Source: Octopus bimaculoides (lineage: Eukaryota). Taken from it: 64,000 nucleotides of DNA. Location: the NCBI RefSeq assembly GCF_001194135.2, contig NC_068981.1, positions 149,873,275-149,937,274 on the forward strand. Reading direction: 5' to 3'. Each line of letters opens with the position of its first letter. The stretch's first letter is position 1. The notes under the pieces were generated by a model, which did not search any database, was not told the origin of the DNA, and saw nothing but the letters and a program-made list of their open reading frames with translations. Shown here piece after piece: positions 38,397 to 51,550 of the stretch. A program made the translations under genes and the position numbers.

Positions 38397-40669
38397 AATT
38401 TTAGATACTTTTAAGGTCCTCGTTATTAATTATAGGTAAATATGAAATTCATTATTTCCTAAACACGTTGCTCGGTGTGAGTTACAAGGTCACAAACATC
38501 AATGAACAATTATTCAAGAACTAGTTGCCTCAATATAGCTTTGAAACGACTCAGAATAAAATGAGTACGTGTGAAATTTTGACTTCCCACTTTTCTGGAT
38601 TGCCATCCATTTCTTGATTGCATGTCAGTACGGAAGGTCTTCGTAAACAAACACAGCTACTCTGATCGGATAATGACACATGTCTGTGAAATGCCACATG
38701 CATCATTTAAGAAAATTTCCAGTATCACTGATTAAGGTGGATCCATTTTTGGAATGGAGTAGTTGGTTGTCAAGGACCAAATATTTGTTGAAGAGTTTGT
38801 ACATTGTTTAGATGCATTTTCTTTCTATAAAATGCCAGTTTTGAATAGTTATGTATTTTAACCACCACAAGTCTTTCTTGGTCTTCACTTCTCCTCGAAA
38901 GGCTGACTTATGTTGCTTCAACAACTTCATCTCTAAAAATTCTTTTCTCGACAAATCTACATTGTGCAATCTCTTATAATTTCATGTTTCAGATCTCAAA
39001 TATTTCAGAGTTCCATCAAATTAAAATTTGTGTTTGAATGTCCTGACCTCCAAATATCGATAGACGTAGTATAAACATTTGGTTTGAAGTATTTCCATGA
39101 ACTATCAGACTTTCAAAATCTTTCCAACGAGCTCTGCTATTTAATTTACATATTCCTTTGTATTCCCGATTTAAGCTGGTATAGAAATCACCAGATACAA
39201 TTTTGTGTGAAACGAATTGAATTTCTAAGATTCTTGCAAAACAGTAGAAAAGATTCTTCCGTTGAGTAAAGAATCGAGGCATACACCGAGAAAAAAGGAT
39301 TGTAACCTCATGGCAGTAGTGATCGAAGTTTAATGATATTGTTACTCACACTGGATGACGATACGTGCAACCTATCTGCTATGTATACTTTTGAATGAAA
39401 ACGCGACATATATCGTCCAATATTCTTCTGCTTATATGCTAATCATAAAAGAAGCTTTAGTTACAACATATTTGATGTGTCGGAACTTCTCATGACAATG
39501 GTGTCTTAGAAATATTGAAATCATTTCAGCCAAACTCTCCTGCAACAACAGCAGCATTGCATTCAAGCTAACAAGACTGTTCATCATCCAGTAGGGCTTG
39601 CACATGTATTATTTGTCTATATTAATTGGACCCGCTGAAGATAACTGCCACCAATCGTGACAAATCAATGATACTGAGAGACAGAAAATATTTATGGCGC
39701 ATTTTCTAATCCCTTCGTAGTAATATGGGTGAGAAGTTATCTCCTTAAATACAGTATCTTGGGAATAGCACTCAATTCCTATATCATAAACTAGGTAAAC
39801 AATGTTATAATATATCTCTTCATGCCTATGTTTTTGGTCCAAGTAATGAATGTCTCCAACTCGTCAAGTCTGCATACTTTGCTAATACCTGATCGTGAAA
39901 GAATTTTGAAAAGAAAATATTGGTGCTGTTGCTTTTTGAGATGTTTGACCCCATACAATACTGTGATGTTAGATAGTACTAGTTATGAGAAAATATTACT
40001 CGTTATTAGAACTAGAAAGAATACCGCAAGGCATTCTATCCGACCCTCTGCCATCTCTGCCATTTTGCAGTTAATCACAATGCATGCCTGTGTGTATCTA
40101 CGTATGCATGTATGTACGTATGTAAGTGTGTATGTAAGTATGTATATACGGATGTATATTGTCGTCAGTCAATCTATTTTCTGCTTATTATTGCTTCGTA
40201 TTCTCATACGATATTTCATAAGCTAGTAACGGAAAAAAGGGGTATATGTGTAGATAAATTGTAAATATTGATATATATATAAACAGATACATGGAACTTG
40301 ATATTGAAATGGCTAATGGAACAATCGCCAAAATTCAAAGGAACAGTACGTATTTAAAAGCTATGGTAATTTGGGCAGGTTGATTTTCCACACTTTTGTA
40401 GTTAATGACTTTGGACTAACCGAGATAGTGTGGGCTTAATATGATAACTAACAAAAGAATCTATCTCCCTAGCTTCAACCGTTTTTCGAACACTTCCAAA
40501 TACTGTAACCAAACACCGCATTTTCCCTATTTTTGGTCGAAAAACAAAAACGTTATTGTCATTTAAAAAAAATCCATATAAATATCGCAACCTTATTGAA
40601 AATGAGTAAAAACATGTATAAACTCTACAGAGTCAAATACGACAAACTTAGATTACCAAAATCATCATA

Positions 40670-41005
40670 CATTTCACTTTAAGAGCTCTTAGAAACAAAA
40701 GAAAGCCACATACGGCGGCTTAAGGCTTTGGCTAGAATGTGTTTGTGCCTTGATTCGAGTATAGGAAGCTTCAGATGTCAACTTCACTGCCCTTTCAATA
40801 CTCTAAGAATGTGAAGGCAAATCAGGCAGCTCCAGCTTGTTGCTATTCAGTAATGCTTCTTGAAGTTCCTGGTCAGAAAAGTCATCTGTGAGAGAAGTTT
40901 CAGGTACCACTTTAACAAAGGTTGACTAATGCTGACCAGTGTGTGACGTCAATGTTGATGTCTGTGATCCCCTTCACCCTCTTCTTGGCTGCCTTATCAC
41001 TTATG
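40670..41005 (-). mobile_element. DNA transposase C-terminal remnant, superfamily unassigned
   Basis: Minus translation ..LTDDFSDQELQEALL..LELPDLPSHS*SIERAVKLTSEAS.. matches the P(C/S)H(T/S)QxVERxVKLVTEAS motif I recognise from invertebrate DDE-type transposases. Confidence 0.55.
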
Positions 41006-41047
41006 AAAGAATAATAATAAATTTAGTTTTTATTTCACTATAAAACT

Positions 41048-41432
41048 GGAGCTCAAGTGGCCAAGTGGATAAGGCGCTGGATTTTCACACCTTGGTGTAG
41101 GGTTCGGTCCCCAATGAGAATAGGCACAAAACAAAAATTACGGTTTCAGATAGAGAGCACTCGTCCGACGGGTAGGGCGCCCAGACTTGCCCATGGCAAG
41201 GTACACACAGAACACAGCCACTTACAACATTACTGTCTTCCTTCCCTCATCTGCTTCACACTCACAACACGGTAACCTTCCATCTCTCGGAGCCCGCCTA
41301 AGGGGTTTCAATCCACTACCCCTCCAACGCAGATGTAACTCTCCCTTCATCTGCAGAAGGGCTCCTTGGTTGGTGACAAAAACATATTTTCGCGATTTCT
41401 CCTGCCCCTTCCACCTTAGGTAAAGTAAAAGT
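41048..41432 (+). mobile_element. tRNA(Arg-like)-derived SINE, family C, single copy in this window
   Basis: Perfect A box TGGCCAAGTGG, D-arm GCC..GGC, B box GGTTCGGTCCC; anticodon and acceptor stems broken; about 310-nt GC-richer body unlike families A and B. Confidence 0.6.
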
Positions 41433-44400
41433 CTGATTGGCCCTTAAGGATGAAAAGTGGATCTAAACCCTTAACCTAACCTCACTTTAAAATTTAATCC
41501 TTATTGGTGTCCAAATTTCTTATTTTAAATCAAACTTTAATTATAATAACAGTTCGATAAATCCCCACAATGGAATTATTTTCATTTCAAAATTTATAAA
41601 TGCTTACTTGACGGAGGTAATTTTCTTGGGAGCAGCTTCTCTCACCTCTAAGTCATCAGAATAACTTGGCGGAGGATAGGATACTCTGTTTTATTTAAAG
41701 GGGAAGGCTGACCACCGAAATTTTTGGCACTATCACTTCAAGTTAATACTGCAGATTGTGTTTTCTACCCGTTTTTATGAAATATCTGAAAATAATTTAA
41801 TTTAATAAACATTTCATAGACAAATATCAACAGAGAATACAATATAATTCATCAAAAAATATCTATAAAACTTTCTAACTAGATTAGTCCAAGATTACAG
41901 TTCCAAAATCGACCTACCCTAATATAATAAACCCGCGTCTGTGTTACTACTAAACATTTAGATCTAGATAGATGTCATTATAATTATTTCCGAGAAGGCA
42001 GTTCGGAAGGAAGGTGTAAAGCTGACAGCCCTACTGATGATTATATACCCAACCACATTGTAAATAGATTTTCATTACCACGTTACCAGTCAGTTTAATT
42101 ATTTCGACTGAAAATTATTCCTATTTAGAAACTTAGTAAACAGTTCAGCAACTAGTTAAAAACTGCTTTGAGTAGAAATAATTTGAATTGAATAAAATCT
42201 AAAAAGAAAATATTTCATATCAAAAGTTTCGATAGCCCAAAGATTCTCAAGTGTTGAGAAATTAAATTTAATTTTAACGCGTAATGTTTTAACATAGTGG
42301 ATGATTAAGTGTTTAATCATGCATACAATATTTATTCGTATACTTTTAAGAAGAAGTTTGGTTTTTGTTTATCTTTTCTTTTTCCTTTTGGTCTTTAATT
42401 GAACAAGAGGTTTGAAATGACTCGACGACCCATAATGTCCAAAGAAAGTAGATTCGGATTATCGCCTTACGGTTGAAAGAGCTTTCACTACCTCATTATC
42501 ATCATCACCTATCATCAGAAGCAATATAAGAATCTCGCCTCTAATGACACTTACAGTTTCGGCATTAAATTTTCCCGCACTACCACTGTACACTCATACA
42601 GCTTGAATATGATCACAATTTTTTTTTAAAACAATGAAATTCTCTGTGCACAATCGTCGAACCTGTGAAAAATAGCAGATACAGCTCCCTCTTAAAAATG
42701 ATTAAATACACTGGATAAAAGGTCATGAATATATATTTTCAGATACAAGCTGAGATAGGCTTGGCTGGGTCATCAATTGTACGATTACAAATATTTACGG
42801 AAGGTCAGAGTAGCTTAAAACCAAGTTAACATGAAGGGGTAGAGCAGGAATGAAAGCAACCTTAAAGGGACGACTCTACACCAACATTGCAACAAATGCA
42901 AGTGGTGATATAAAAATTACTATAATAATTAGAAATATTTTACAACCCAAACAATGACACACATATAGACACATGCAAAAATCCCACCAAAACAGAAATT
43001 TCACTGATTTTTCTAGAACAGTTCCTCTGGCGAAATTACTCTGTCCGGCAATATATACTACTAACACAAGGCATATATTTCCCCTATTTGCCTCCAACTC
43101 TTGCATAATGTTCTTTCATGAGATCCTAAGGAAGTTCAAAGTAAGACACTTGTGATTCAATGATTAAACTATCCTTTTCATAAACTCCAAAACCGCTAAC
43201 GTATGAGAAATTATAGGCAAATCTCTCCCGAAATTTTAGCTTATAATTTTGGAAACATGATGCATTGAATTGTATATTCCTAGATGTCTAAAGTAGGAAG
43301 GGATAGTTCCAGCTGAATGCGTAGGTTTTCTCGATAAGGGACGGCCTGAGGCTAAAAAGAATCAACAAGATCATAAAAAGAAAATAATGAAAATAATGTT
43401 CGAACAAACCAACAACCCAACTATGATTATTAAAATAGATATTTTGTACAACGTACGTTGAACAAAATATTTTCTTCCCTAAAATATATAACCTACAATG
43501 CTACTTTGTAGCCACCGCAGTTAAATTACTCAAATAGCAAACCTGATGGAAATGAGAGATAGCACAATAAACAGACACAATATACTATGGAAAATAAAAC
43601 AAGCAATAAACGAAATACGAGATGAAAAAGAAAATAAGCCATATGAAAACAGAAAGCAAGTACAAAAGTAGTATTTACAAAAAAAGCATAGAAGTAATTA
43701 TCAACGCCAACATCTCTAAAATCGTTACATCACATCACACGTTACAATAAAAATGATAGGTATTACACTGGTACTCCGTCAGTAAGAAGTACACGCTCTC
43801 AGGGAATACTTTTTCAATTATTAAACACAAAATTCACCGCAAATAAGGTAGTAACACGGACACGAAATATGCATACATTTTGTACGTAGACCATAATTAT
43901 AAATCTTCGTTTTCAGCAGACCGCAGAAAAGTAACACAGAATTCCTAAAATTCGGTAATTCCAAAAGCCTAGCAAGAACCTGAACAAAAACATGCGATCT
44001 GAGAGAATCCCTCAATTTACCAACATCTGAATCTACATTGAACAACACGGCAAAATCATGATATCCATAAAGCCAAACGCAAGCCCAAATAAGCAACAAA
44101 ACGCATCAACAATACAATGGTCTCCAAATTTTACACTATCACAGACTACACATAGAATACACATACAAATTACCTGTCCAACGAAATACATACTCACGCA
44201 CACACGCGTGTGCATATGTATATATATAAATGTATGTGTATTTTTTCAATGAGTACAAATAAAACGGAAAAAATAAATAGTTACCAGGGTAGGAAAAATT
44301 CACATAACTGCCAAGGATGTTACAGCCTACTTATAAAGGTAGAAATTCTAGGGTTTAGTGAAATGTTTTTAAATGACATAGATAAATTAAGAAATGGAGT

Positions 44401-44540
44401 TAAACGCAGGTGTTTTTCAAATCTTTATACTTTCGATATATGTTTCGAAGAAAGCATTGGTATTAATCCTGAGGGAATAAAACGATGTAAAACAATGTAA
44501 TCATCTCGTCAGAGAAAAAAGAGGAACAAAACACATCAAA

Positions 44541-44800
44541 TCACGGGGACGCTAACACACCAACATCGGGTGTCAAGCGATGTTAGATGGACAAACACAG
44601 ATACACAAACATATATACACACATACATATATATATAATATACACGACGAGCTTCTTCCAGTTTCCATCTACCAAATCCACTCACAAGTCTTGGGTCGGC
44701 CCGAGGCTATAGTTGAAGACACTTTCCCAAGGTACCACGCAGTGGGACTGAACCCGGAACCATGTGGTCGGTGGCCAGCTACTTACCATACAGCCACTCC
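44541..44800 (-). mobile_element. CORE-type tRNA-derived SINE, family D
   Basis: Reverse complement: ggagtggctgtatggtaag..ggttccgggttcagtcccactg (B box), then accttgggaaagtgtcttcaactatagcctc, which is MIR/CORE-like. Confidence 0.8.
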
Positions 44801-45948
44801 TTACATAGATACATACATATATGTATATCACGGTATTACCGTGTCAACCAGACAATCCAATATTGTTATACACCGCTGGTCGCGAAGCGCTGCGCATTCG
44901 AATGATTCCAGGAGATACAGCACAATCGACGACGTTAAACTCCACAGACAGCAACCCGGTCACTGAAATACTCTTTTCGTTACGCTCCAAGGTTAGGTTG
45001 TATAGATTAGCAATTAAGTAAAGTGCGTGTTGAAAGATATTAACAACCGATAGTGTCTAACTCAGAGGTGTATGCAGATATTTCGCATTAAGGACTAAAT
45101 TTAGGCATAGAGCGTGTATAATGTCAAATGTATTTTGTTGAGTAATGTTTGTATTTTACACGTACTATATGACTAGTATTAGGCCTTGAGACGATTATAC
45201 AGAATATATACTATCTTCTATGTGAATTGTGATATATTACATTAGGAGAGTGTGAGAGTGTAACTTGTTGCTGTTATAGTTTGGAGCATTGTTTATATAA
45301 GTGCGTGCGTTGTTATTTTATTTGGTGATGGATTTAAGTTTCGATATATTATTTGGTAGCGATTCGATAATGTATCTTTTGTGAGAAATGTGATATTATT
45401 TTGGGCGGTTATAGTGAAGGATATGTTGTGTGCGTAGAATTATAGCAACGTACTTTTGTTATTGAAATGAATATGTCTTGGTTAAGATTTGAACTCTGGC
45501 TCGCTAGGCTAATTTCGAATCGTGTGGAACGTTATGAGCTCTGCGTCTGGTATTCTGGTATACTTTTATTCATGTTTTTTTATCATCGTTAGTGCTCTAT
45601 TATTCAAGTTGCTTCTAATTTTATGCTCCGCATCCTTGTTTATTTCAATTTCAAGGTGTTCTGATTTTGACGTTTTCTTCATCTAATTTCACGCAATATT
45701 TTAGTCAAGAGCGTTCGAAATATGGACAGTGGATTGGCAGAAACTATAGAGCATCGAATAAAATGCTATACGATATATCTTCTGGCTATTTACGTTTTGG
45801 GTTCAAATTATCCGAGGTCAACGTGTTTTACATCTCTGAGCAGTCTGTAAAATAAAGTACCTGTCAAATTCTGAGGTAGATGAAATTACTAAATCTTCCC
45901 TGCAAAATTAATTGTTCTGTGCCATAATTAGAAGCGATTATAATTAAA

Positions 45949-46690
45949 GGCGGTTGGCTAGTAGTACAATGTGTGCGTCAGAAGAAAATATCTTTTGGTA
46001 CTGAGTTGTATTACACTACATTCTGAATTCGATTCCCGCCGAGGTCAAATTTATCATTCGTCTTTCCGGAATCAATGAAATAAATTCTAGTTAAGAACTG
46101 AGGTTAATTTAATGGATTAGCCATCTTCCCACACAGTCACTTGCGTTTTGCCTATACTTATCTTTTGAGGGGTTGGATGGGCGGCTGGCAGAGTTGCAAG
46201 AACTTTTAACAAATCGCTGTATTCCGGCTCATTATATTCTGCGTTTACACCATTGCAATGTCAGTTTGCCCTTTCAACTTCGGGGCCGATAAACTGAAAT
46301 AGCAGTCAATTAAGGAGACTTTTGCTAATAACTATGCACTTCTCCTCAAAGTTCCAGGTCTTGTGCCTACACCTTTCATTTTAGGTGGGTGGTTGTTAGA
46401 ATTGAGAGGCTTGCAGTATTTTCCGGCTCTTTAGATTATGAGTTTAAATCTCACCTTTGCTTTTCATCCTTTTAGGGTCAATGAAATAACGCAACTGTCC
46501 GGTACTGATGGTCGCTATAATATTCTAAGCCTCGCTTGAAATGACGTTATGAGTGGTGAGTTGGAAAAGAGTGTCGGAAAAAATGTTCAGCGGCTTTTGT
46601 TCTGACTATTGATGTTCTAGGTTGAAATCCTGTCGAGGTCAATTTTCGTTTATCAGTTAAAAGTTTCTTCCAGGTCTATTTGATGATAAG
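45949..46690 (+). mobile_element. Four head-to-tail decayed SINE family B copies
   Basis: Heads at about 45949, 46179, 46385 and 46550, each followed by ttc(tga)..aaat..gaggtcaa/tttgcc..ggggtcgat-like cores. Confidence 0.55.
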
Positions 46691-46959
46691 ATTGTAGTTT
46701 GCTTTCGCTTTTTGTTCTGCAAAAGACTATTTAAATGCATGAATATGGATAGGAAAATGCTTTCTTCTTCAGATGCATATTAAATGAGTCCCTGTATATT
46801 TGTGCAATCATCCATTACTTTATTTCATTTCAAACCAGTTACTGCTGTCATAACGGTAGGAGACCAACGCTCTCCAATGACAGTCGTAGTCAATGTGCCG
46901 AGATATGTTTGTTTCAATTTTAAACGCTGTTAAAAAAAATAAAGAACGCATGAACATTC

Positions 46960-47135
46960 TTCTGCTATAGGCACAAAGCCTGACATTTTAGGGGAGTGGA
47001 TAGTAGATCACATCAATCCTAGTGCTCAACTGGTATTTATTTCATCGACAACGAAAGGGAAGAAAGTCAAGCCGACTTCGGCGGAATATTAACCAAGAAA
47101 GTAAAGCTGGAAGAGATGTCACCAAGCATTTGTTT
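46960..47135 (-). mobile_element. SINE family B
   Basis: tataggcacaa..actggtatttatttcatcgac..gaaagtcaagccgacttcggcggaat matches 4570-4745. Confidence 0.7.
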
Positions 47136-47458
47136 TGGTGTTCGTTATTTAAAGCAGAGGATGATATTACAAACAAGTCGTGCGGCAATATTGTGCATAT
47201 GGGATAATAGGCAGGGTATGCGCTACACTCCTGTACAGAGGGTGGAAGAACAATACAACAGATTGGTGGTGCTTCTTAAATTTAAATAACATAGTCTTCA
47301 GAAATAATTTTCGGTCACTTTTAAGTGAAAGTTTAAATTTAAAGTATGGTCTTATAGTTCGTGAGAGTTTCTGCGAGGCTTAATGTGACTTCCTTGCAGC
47401 TCGATATTATTTGGGATAAAACACATAACCATTTCTTCTGAATTAAATTCATATTGTT

Positions 47459-47666
47459 AAGGCGGCTAGCTGGCAGGAACTTTAGCCCGTCGGGCGAAAT
47501 GCTTAACGATATTTCGTCTGTATTTACATTCTGAGTTCAAATTCTTCTGCCGTCGACTTTGCCTTTCGGAGTCGATAAATTACGTACCAGTTGCACACTG
47601 AATCGATCTAATCGACTGGCCCTCACCCCAAAAATTTCGGATCTTGTGCTTAGAGTAGAAAAGAAT
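47459..47666 (+). mobile_element. SINE family B, well preserved
   Basis: ggcggctagctggcagg..gggcgaaatgctt..ttctgagttcaaatt..gtcgactttgcc..gtcgataaattacgtaccagtt..cttgtgcttagagtagaaaagaat. Confidence 0.85.
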
Positions 47667-48939
47667 AAATTTATTTTGTTAAAATATTTTACACCATATT
47701 CTTAAAAAATCATATTATGCAATATTTGACTGCATTATTAATTTATTTTTTCCTAACATAGTTATTATTACTGTCGTTGTTTAACCATAAATCATGTCAT
47801 ATGACGAAAGGGATTCTAACCTTGATCAAGCCATCACTTCTTTTGTTGCAGAGCAATTTGGTCTTCTTTTGAAACATGGTGAGGTGTACATTGAGGGAAA
47901 TATGGCTCCATTTTCTAAAAGCTTCAGGTTCGTAATTTTATTATGATCATATGTCTGGCTTATTGCTGTAAAACTATTTCTATATTTACCGAGAATGTAT
48001 TTCTTAACATATTTTGTCTTTTAGAATATTTTTGTTACCTTGTTTCGACTTAGAAATACTTAATTTACACGATGTAGATTCACTTTAGCACTTGCAGTCT
48101 TATTTTTACTATTATTGACACGTTTAGTTGTCAAAAGAATCTATTGAATATACCTCTTCTAATAAATCAGCTATGCGTAGATGATAATTGAATTTCCTTT
48201 TTCAGCATTTATAACCCCATTCAGTTTGAAACAGCAGTATTGTTAACGTTCAACGAGATATTGAAAAATACATTTTCTGTATTATAAATATATGCGTTCT
48301 TTTAAGATTGTCCAATGTTTTGTAGTTGTTTCTACTGTTCTTTTTGTGGGAAAAGCCACGCATGTATTTCGTTTTTATAATATTTATAATAAGGTTCAGC
48401 CGCTAACGCTCCAAAAGTAGTTATGACAGTTTTTGTTTTCAATATTCAATATTATATATTATATATATATATTCAATATATTGATATTTTCAATGATTTT
48501 TTTTATCGCTCGACCTGCAAAACCTAAAAATGACATGTTGAATAACGTAAAATGACGGGATGATTTCGGTTGGAATGCCTTTCATCGAAGCCTGATCGAT
48601 GGTGGTTGATCTGAGACTAACAGTATATAATCTAGCAAGTAAATAAAGTATGGATCAACAAACTATTTTATTTATCCTTTCATTGGTGTTGCGTTGTATC
48701 GATGGCCCAAAGTGTTGTCACTTAATGGCACAGTTTAACCAGGTGGAAAGAAGTACCACCTGCACTAGAACTGAATGATTAAATTCTGGAAATAGCGGCA
48801 ATATTGTGCATTCCTTGAGTGTGTCTTATAATAATTCTGCTTGTCACTCCGTTAATTAGCCCGTTTCTAACGTTTCCACATGATTAGTTGAAGGTGGGAG
48901 GAAGGGAGAATGGGTGGGGAGAGGAAGGTAGGGTGAAGG

Positions 48940-49225
48940 GGAGGTATGGGAGGGGAGGTATGGGAGGGGAGGTATGGGAGGGGAGGTATGGNNNNNNNNN
49001 NNNNNNNNNNNNNNNNNNNNNNNNNNNNNNNNNNNNNNNNNNNNNNNNNNNNNNNNNNNNNNNNNNNNNNNNNNNNNNNNNNNNNNNNNNNNNNNNNNNN
49101 NNNNNNNNNNNNNNNNNNNNNNNNNNNNNNNNNNNNNNNNNNNNNNNNNNNNNNNNNNNNNNNNNNNNNNNAAGGGGAGGTATGGGAGGGGAGGTATGGG
49201 AGGGGAGGTATGGGAGGGGAGGTGG
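48940..49225 (+). repeat. G-rich 14-bp minisatellite (GGTATGGGAGGGGA)n spanning an N gap (48992-49171)
   Basis: Identical units on both sides of the gap. Confidence 0.9.
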
Positions 49226-50509
49226 AAGGTGAGGGAGAGGTGATGGTGAGTGAAGTTTTATTTTTTTTAACTAAGGTTTTTCTTCTGTTAATTAGTCCGT
49301 CTGTAACGCTTTCACGTGATTAATTGAAAGGAAAGGCGAGAAGCGAAAGAAAAAGGAGAGAGAAAAAAGAGAATAAGGCGAAGAATGAGAGAGAAAGAGG
49401 GAGAGTTTTGTATATTAAGTCTATAAAATGGTGCATGAAGTATATATAAACTGTATACATAAATTGTATTAAGTAAGCATCGTATTCCAATTTTCTTCAC
49501 TTTTCAAGGATTAGCAGAAACAACACAAGCTACCCTTTCAGGTTTTATGGATAAAGTTTTCAAAAATAACCCCATTAGTTTACCATTAATTCCGTGAAAT
49601 ATTCACGGGTCCCGCTAGTTTCTATTAAATTAAATATATATCGACTGGGAGAAAGGTATAATTTCTCCTGTTCAACCCTGCAAAATCCAAAGTCAAGCGT
49701 CAGTTACCTATATGTATGCTAAAAATGACTCAATGAGTATTAAGTATACAACGTGAATACGCATTAAAGGGGCCAGTTAATTTGGGGTATAGAAACTGAA
49801 CAGATGGTCTTGGAAGAGACAGATTAATTGGTCCAAGATAGAGAGAGAGATGTGTGTTTACGACGAACACCACCATGATGGAGATGTTGAAAGTAAGTGG
49901 GAATTGGAGAGATTACACTTCTTGAGAATGGGACTTTATGTAGCGTGTTTTATAGATTGGCATGAATTCCTTAAAGAGAGAAAATTGAATGGTTTAGTGA
50001 TGGTAAGAGTCAGCGCTGGACAGCATTACTTTAGAGTAATTGACGCAGTCGGGACCAATCGTGAAGAAATACGACACATGTTTGCAATTAGTGACAAAAT
50101 GTGCGTGACAAAGAGACACAGAATTAGTTTGGAGGGATTTCACGTCTTCCGTTCGAGGTGAATTAGAATGGACTGTGTGTCAGCATTTAGACAATTGTTT
50201 GAAGAATTGGGCAACACAAACACATACACATCGGTACGCATATACACACACGCATGCATATATGGATGGATATTATAAATATATGTGTGTGTGTGTAGGG
50301 GGGGGGGTTGTGTGGTGTGTGTGTACATACAGGGAGTAAAAGAGAGAAAGAGAGAGAAAGAGAGAAATACATGCATACATAGGCATAAATCTAACGTGAT
50401 AGCGTGTGTAAAGCAAGCCACCATGTTTTAGACGACAATTCCAATTTCATAACTGATTGGTTTACACTAAAACACGACAGCTAAATTGTCTGAATAATAA
50501 GCAGTTTCT

Positions 50510-50622
<113 letters not shown>

Positions 50623-51030
50623 GTATATATGTAAGCGTATATAGATATAAACACGATTAAATAAATAATATGTAAATGTGTGTTTATTTTATCCAACTTC
50701 AGTCTCTGCTTCTGATTTCGCTCCAAGTTCGGATGTTCGTATGTGGTTATGTATGTATATGTTGCCAGGAAAGGAAAGCGGAGGACAAAACCTAAAATAC
50801 TCTGCATTTAACTCCAACCATGTCTTAACCATATATGCGTTGGCTGACTTTTCTTCCGTCTCTTACACAGCTAAGATATGTACCACACAAATCACTGGGT
50901 CAATATAATTAACTAAATCCTTTAAAGGGTCCAATGGCTATATCAAGTAAATAAAAACTAATTTTCATATATGTGTTTTTTCGCTTTTAGATATGCATGT
51001 ATACCTACACACACACATATACACATACAT

Positions 51031-51063
<33 letters not shown>

Positions 51064-51196
51064 TATAAAACAGAGACATAGAGAGAAAGGGAGAGAGAGA
51101 CAGTATACACACAAACGTATATGCATATATGTGAAAATATGTTTATAAATGTATGTGTGTGTATATATGTGTGTACATTTATATATATATATATAT

Positions 51197-51505
51197 ATAT
51201 AATGCCCTGCCAAAACATTTGAGAGACATGCAAGACATGGATGCGGAGGTCTTCAAGACAAAACTTGACGCTTTCCTCTCCACGATACCAGACGAACCAA
51301 TGGCTCGTAATGAGACGCAGTTTAGGGCAGCGATGTCAAATTCTCTTATACACCAGATGTGCCATCAAAACTCTTGATTGGACCATATCAGGTGGGGGAG
51401 AAGAGCCATGCAAGGAACAGCATAAAGACGGAATAGCACGGTGGTGCACCAGCATGACCGCAGCCACTTGGTTGAAACCCATAAATAAAAAAATAAAATA
51501 AATAA
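51197..51505 (+). mobile_element. CR1-like LINE extreme 3' end (ORF2 terminus, 3' UTR, (TAAA)n tail)
   Basis: YNALPKHLRDM..VFKTKLDAFLSTIPDEP..RAAMSNSLIHQ* resembles FN.LP..R....FK..LD..L..IPDEP of CR1-like ORF2 ends; flanked by (TA)n on both sides. Confidence 0.8.

Positions 51506-51550
<45 letters not shown>

Noticed and set aside
41051-41120. Functional tRNA-Arg-like gene
   Set aside because: Anticodon and acceptor stems do not pair; treated as a SINE head.
41463-41485. Telomere-like ctaaacccttaacctaacc
   Set aside because: Too short and irregular for an interstitial (TTAGGG)n array.
45200-45660. Strand-biased tract possibly encoding a Penelope-like N-terminus on the minus strand
   Set aside because: Many stops and no diagnostic motif.
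48555-48595. Minus-strand TCGATGA..GG..CC-GAAA motif
   Set aside because: No helix I; it appears to be part of the unclassified interspersed repeat family.
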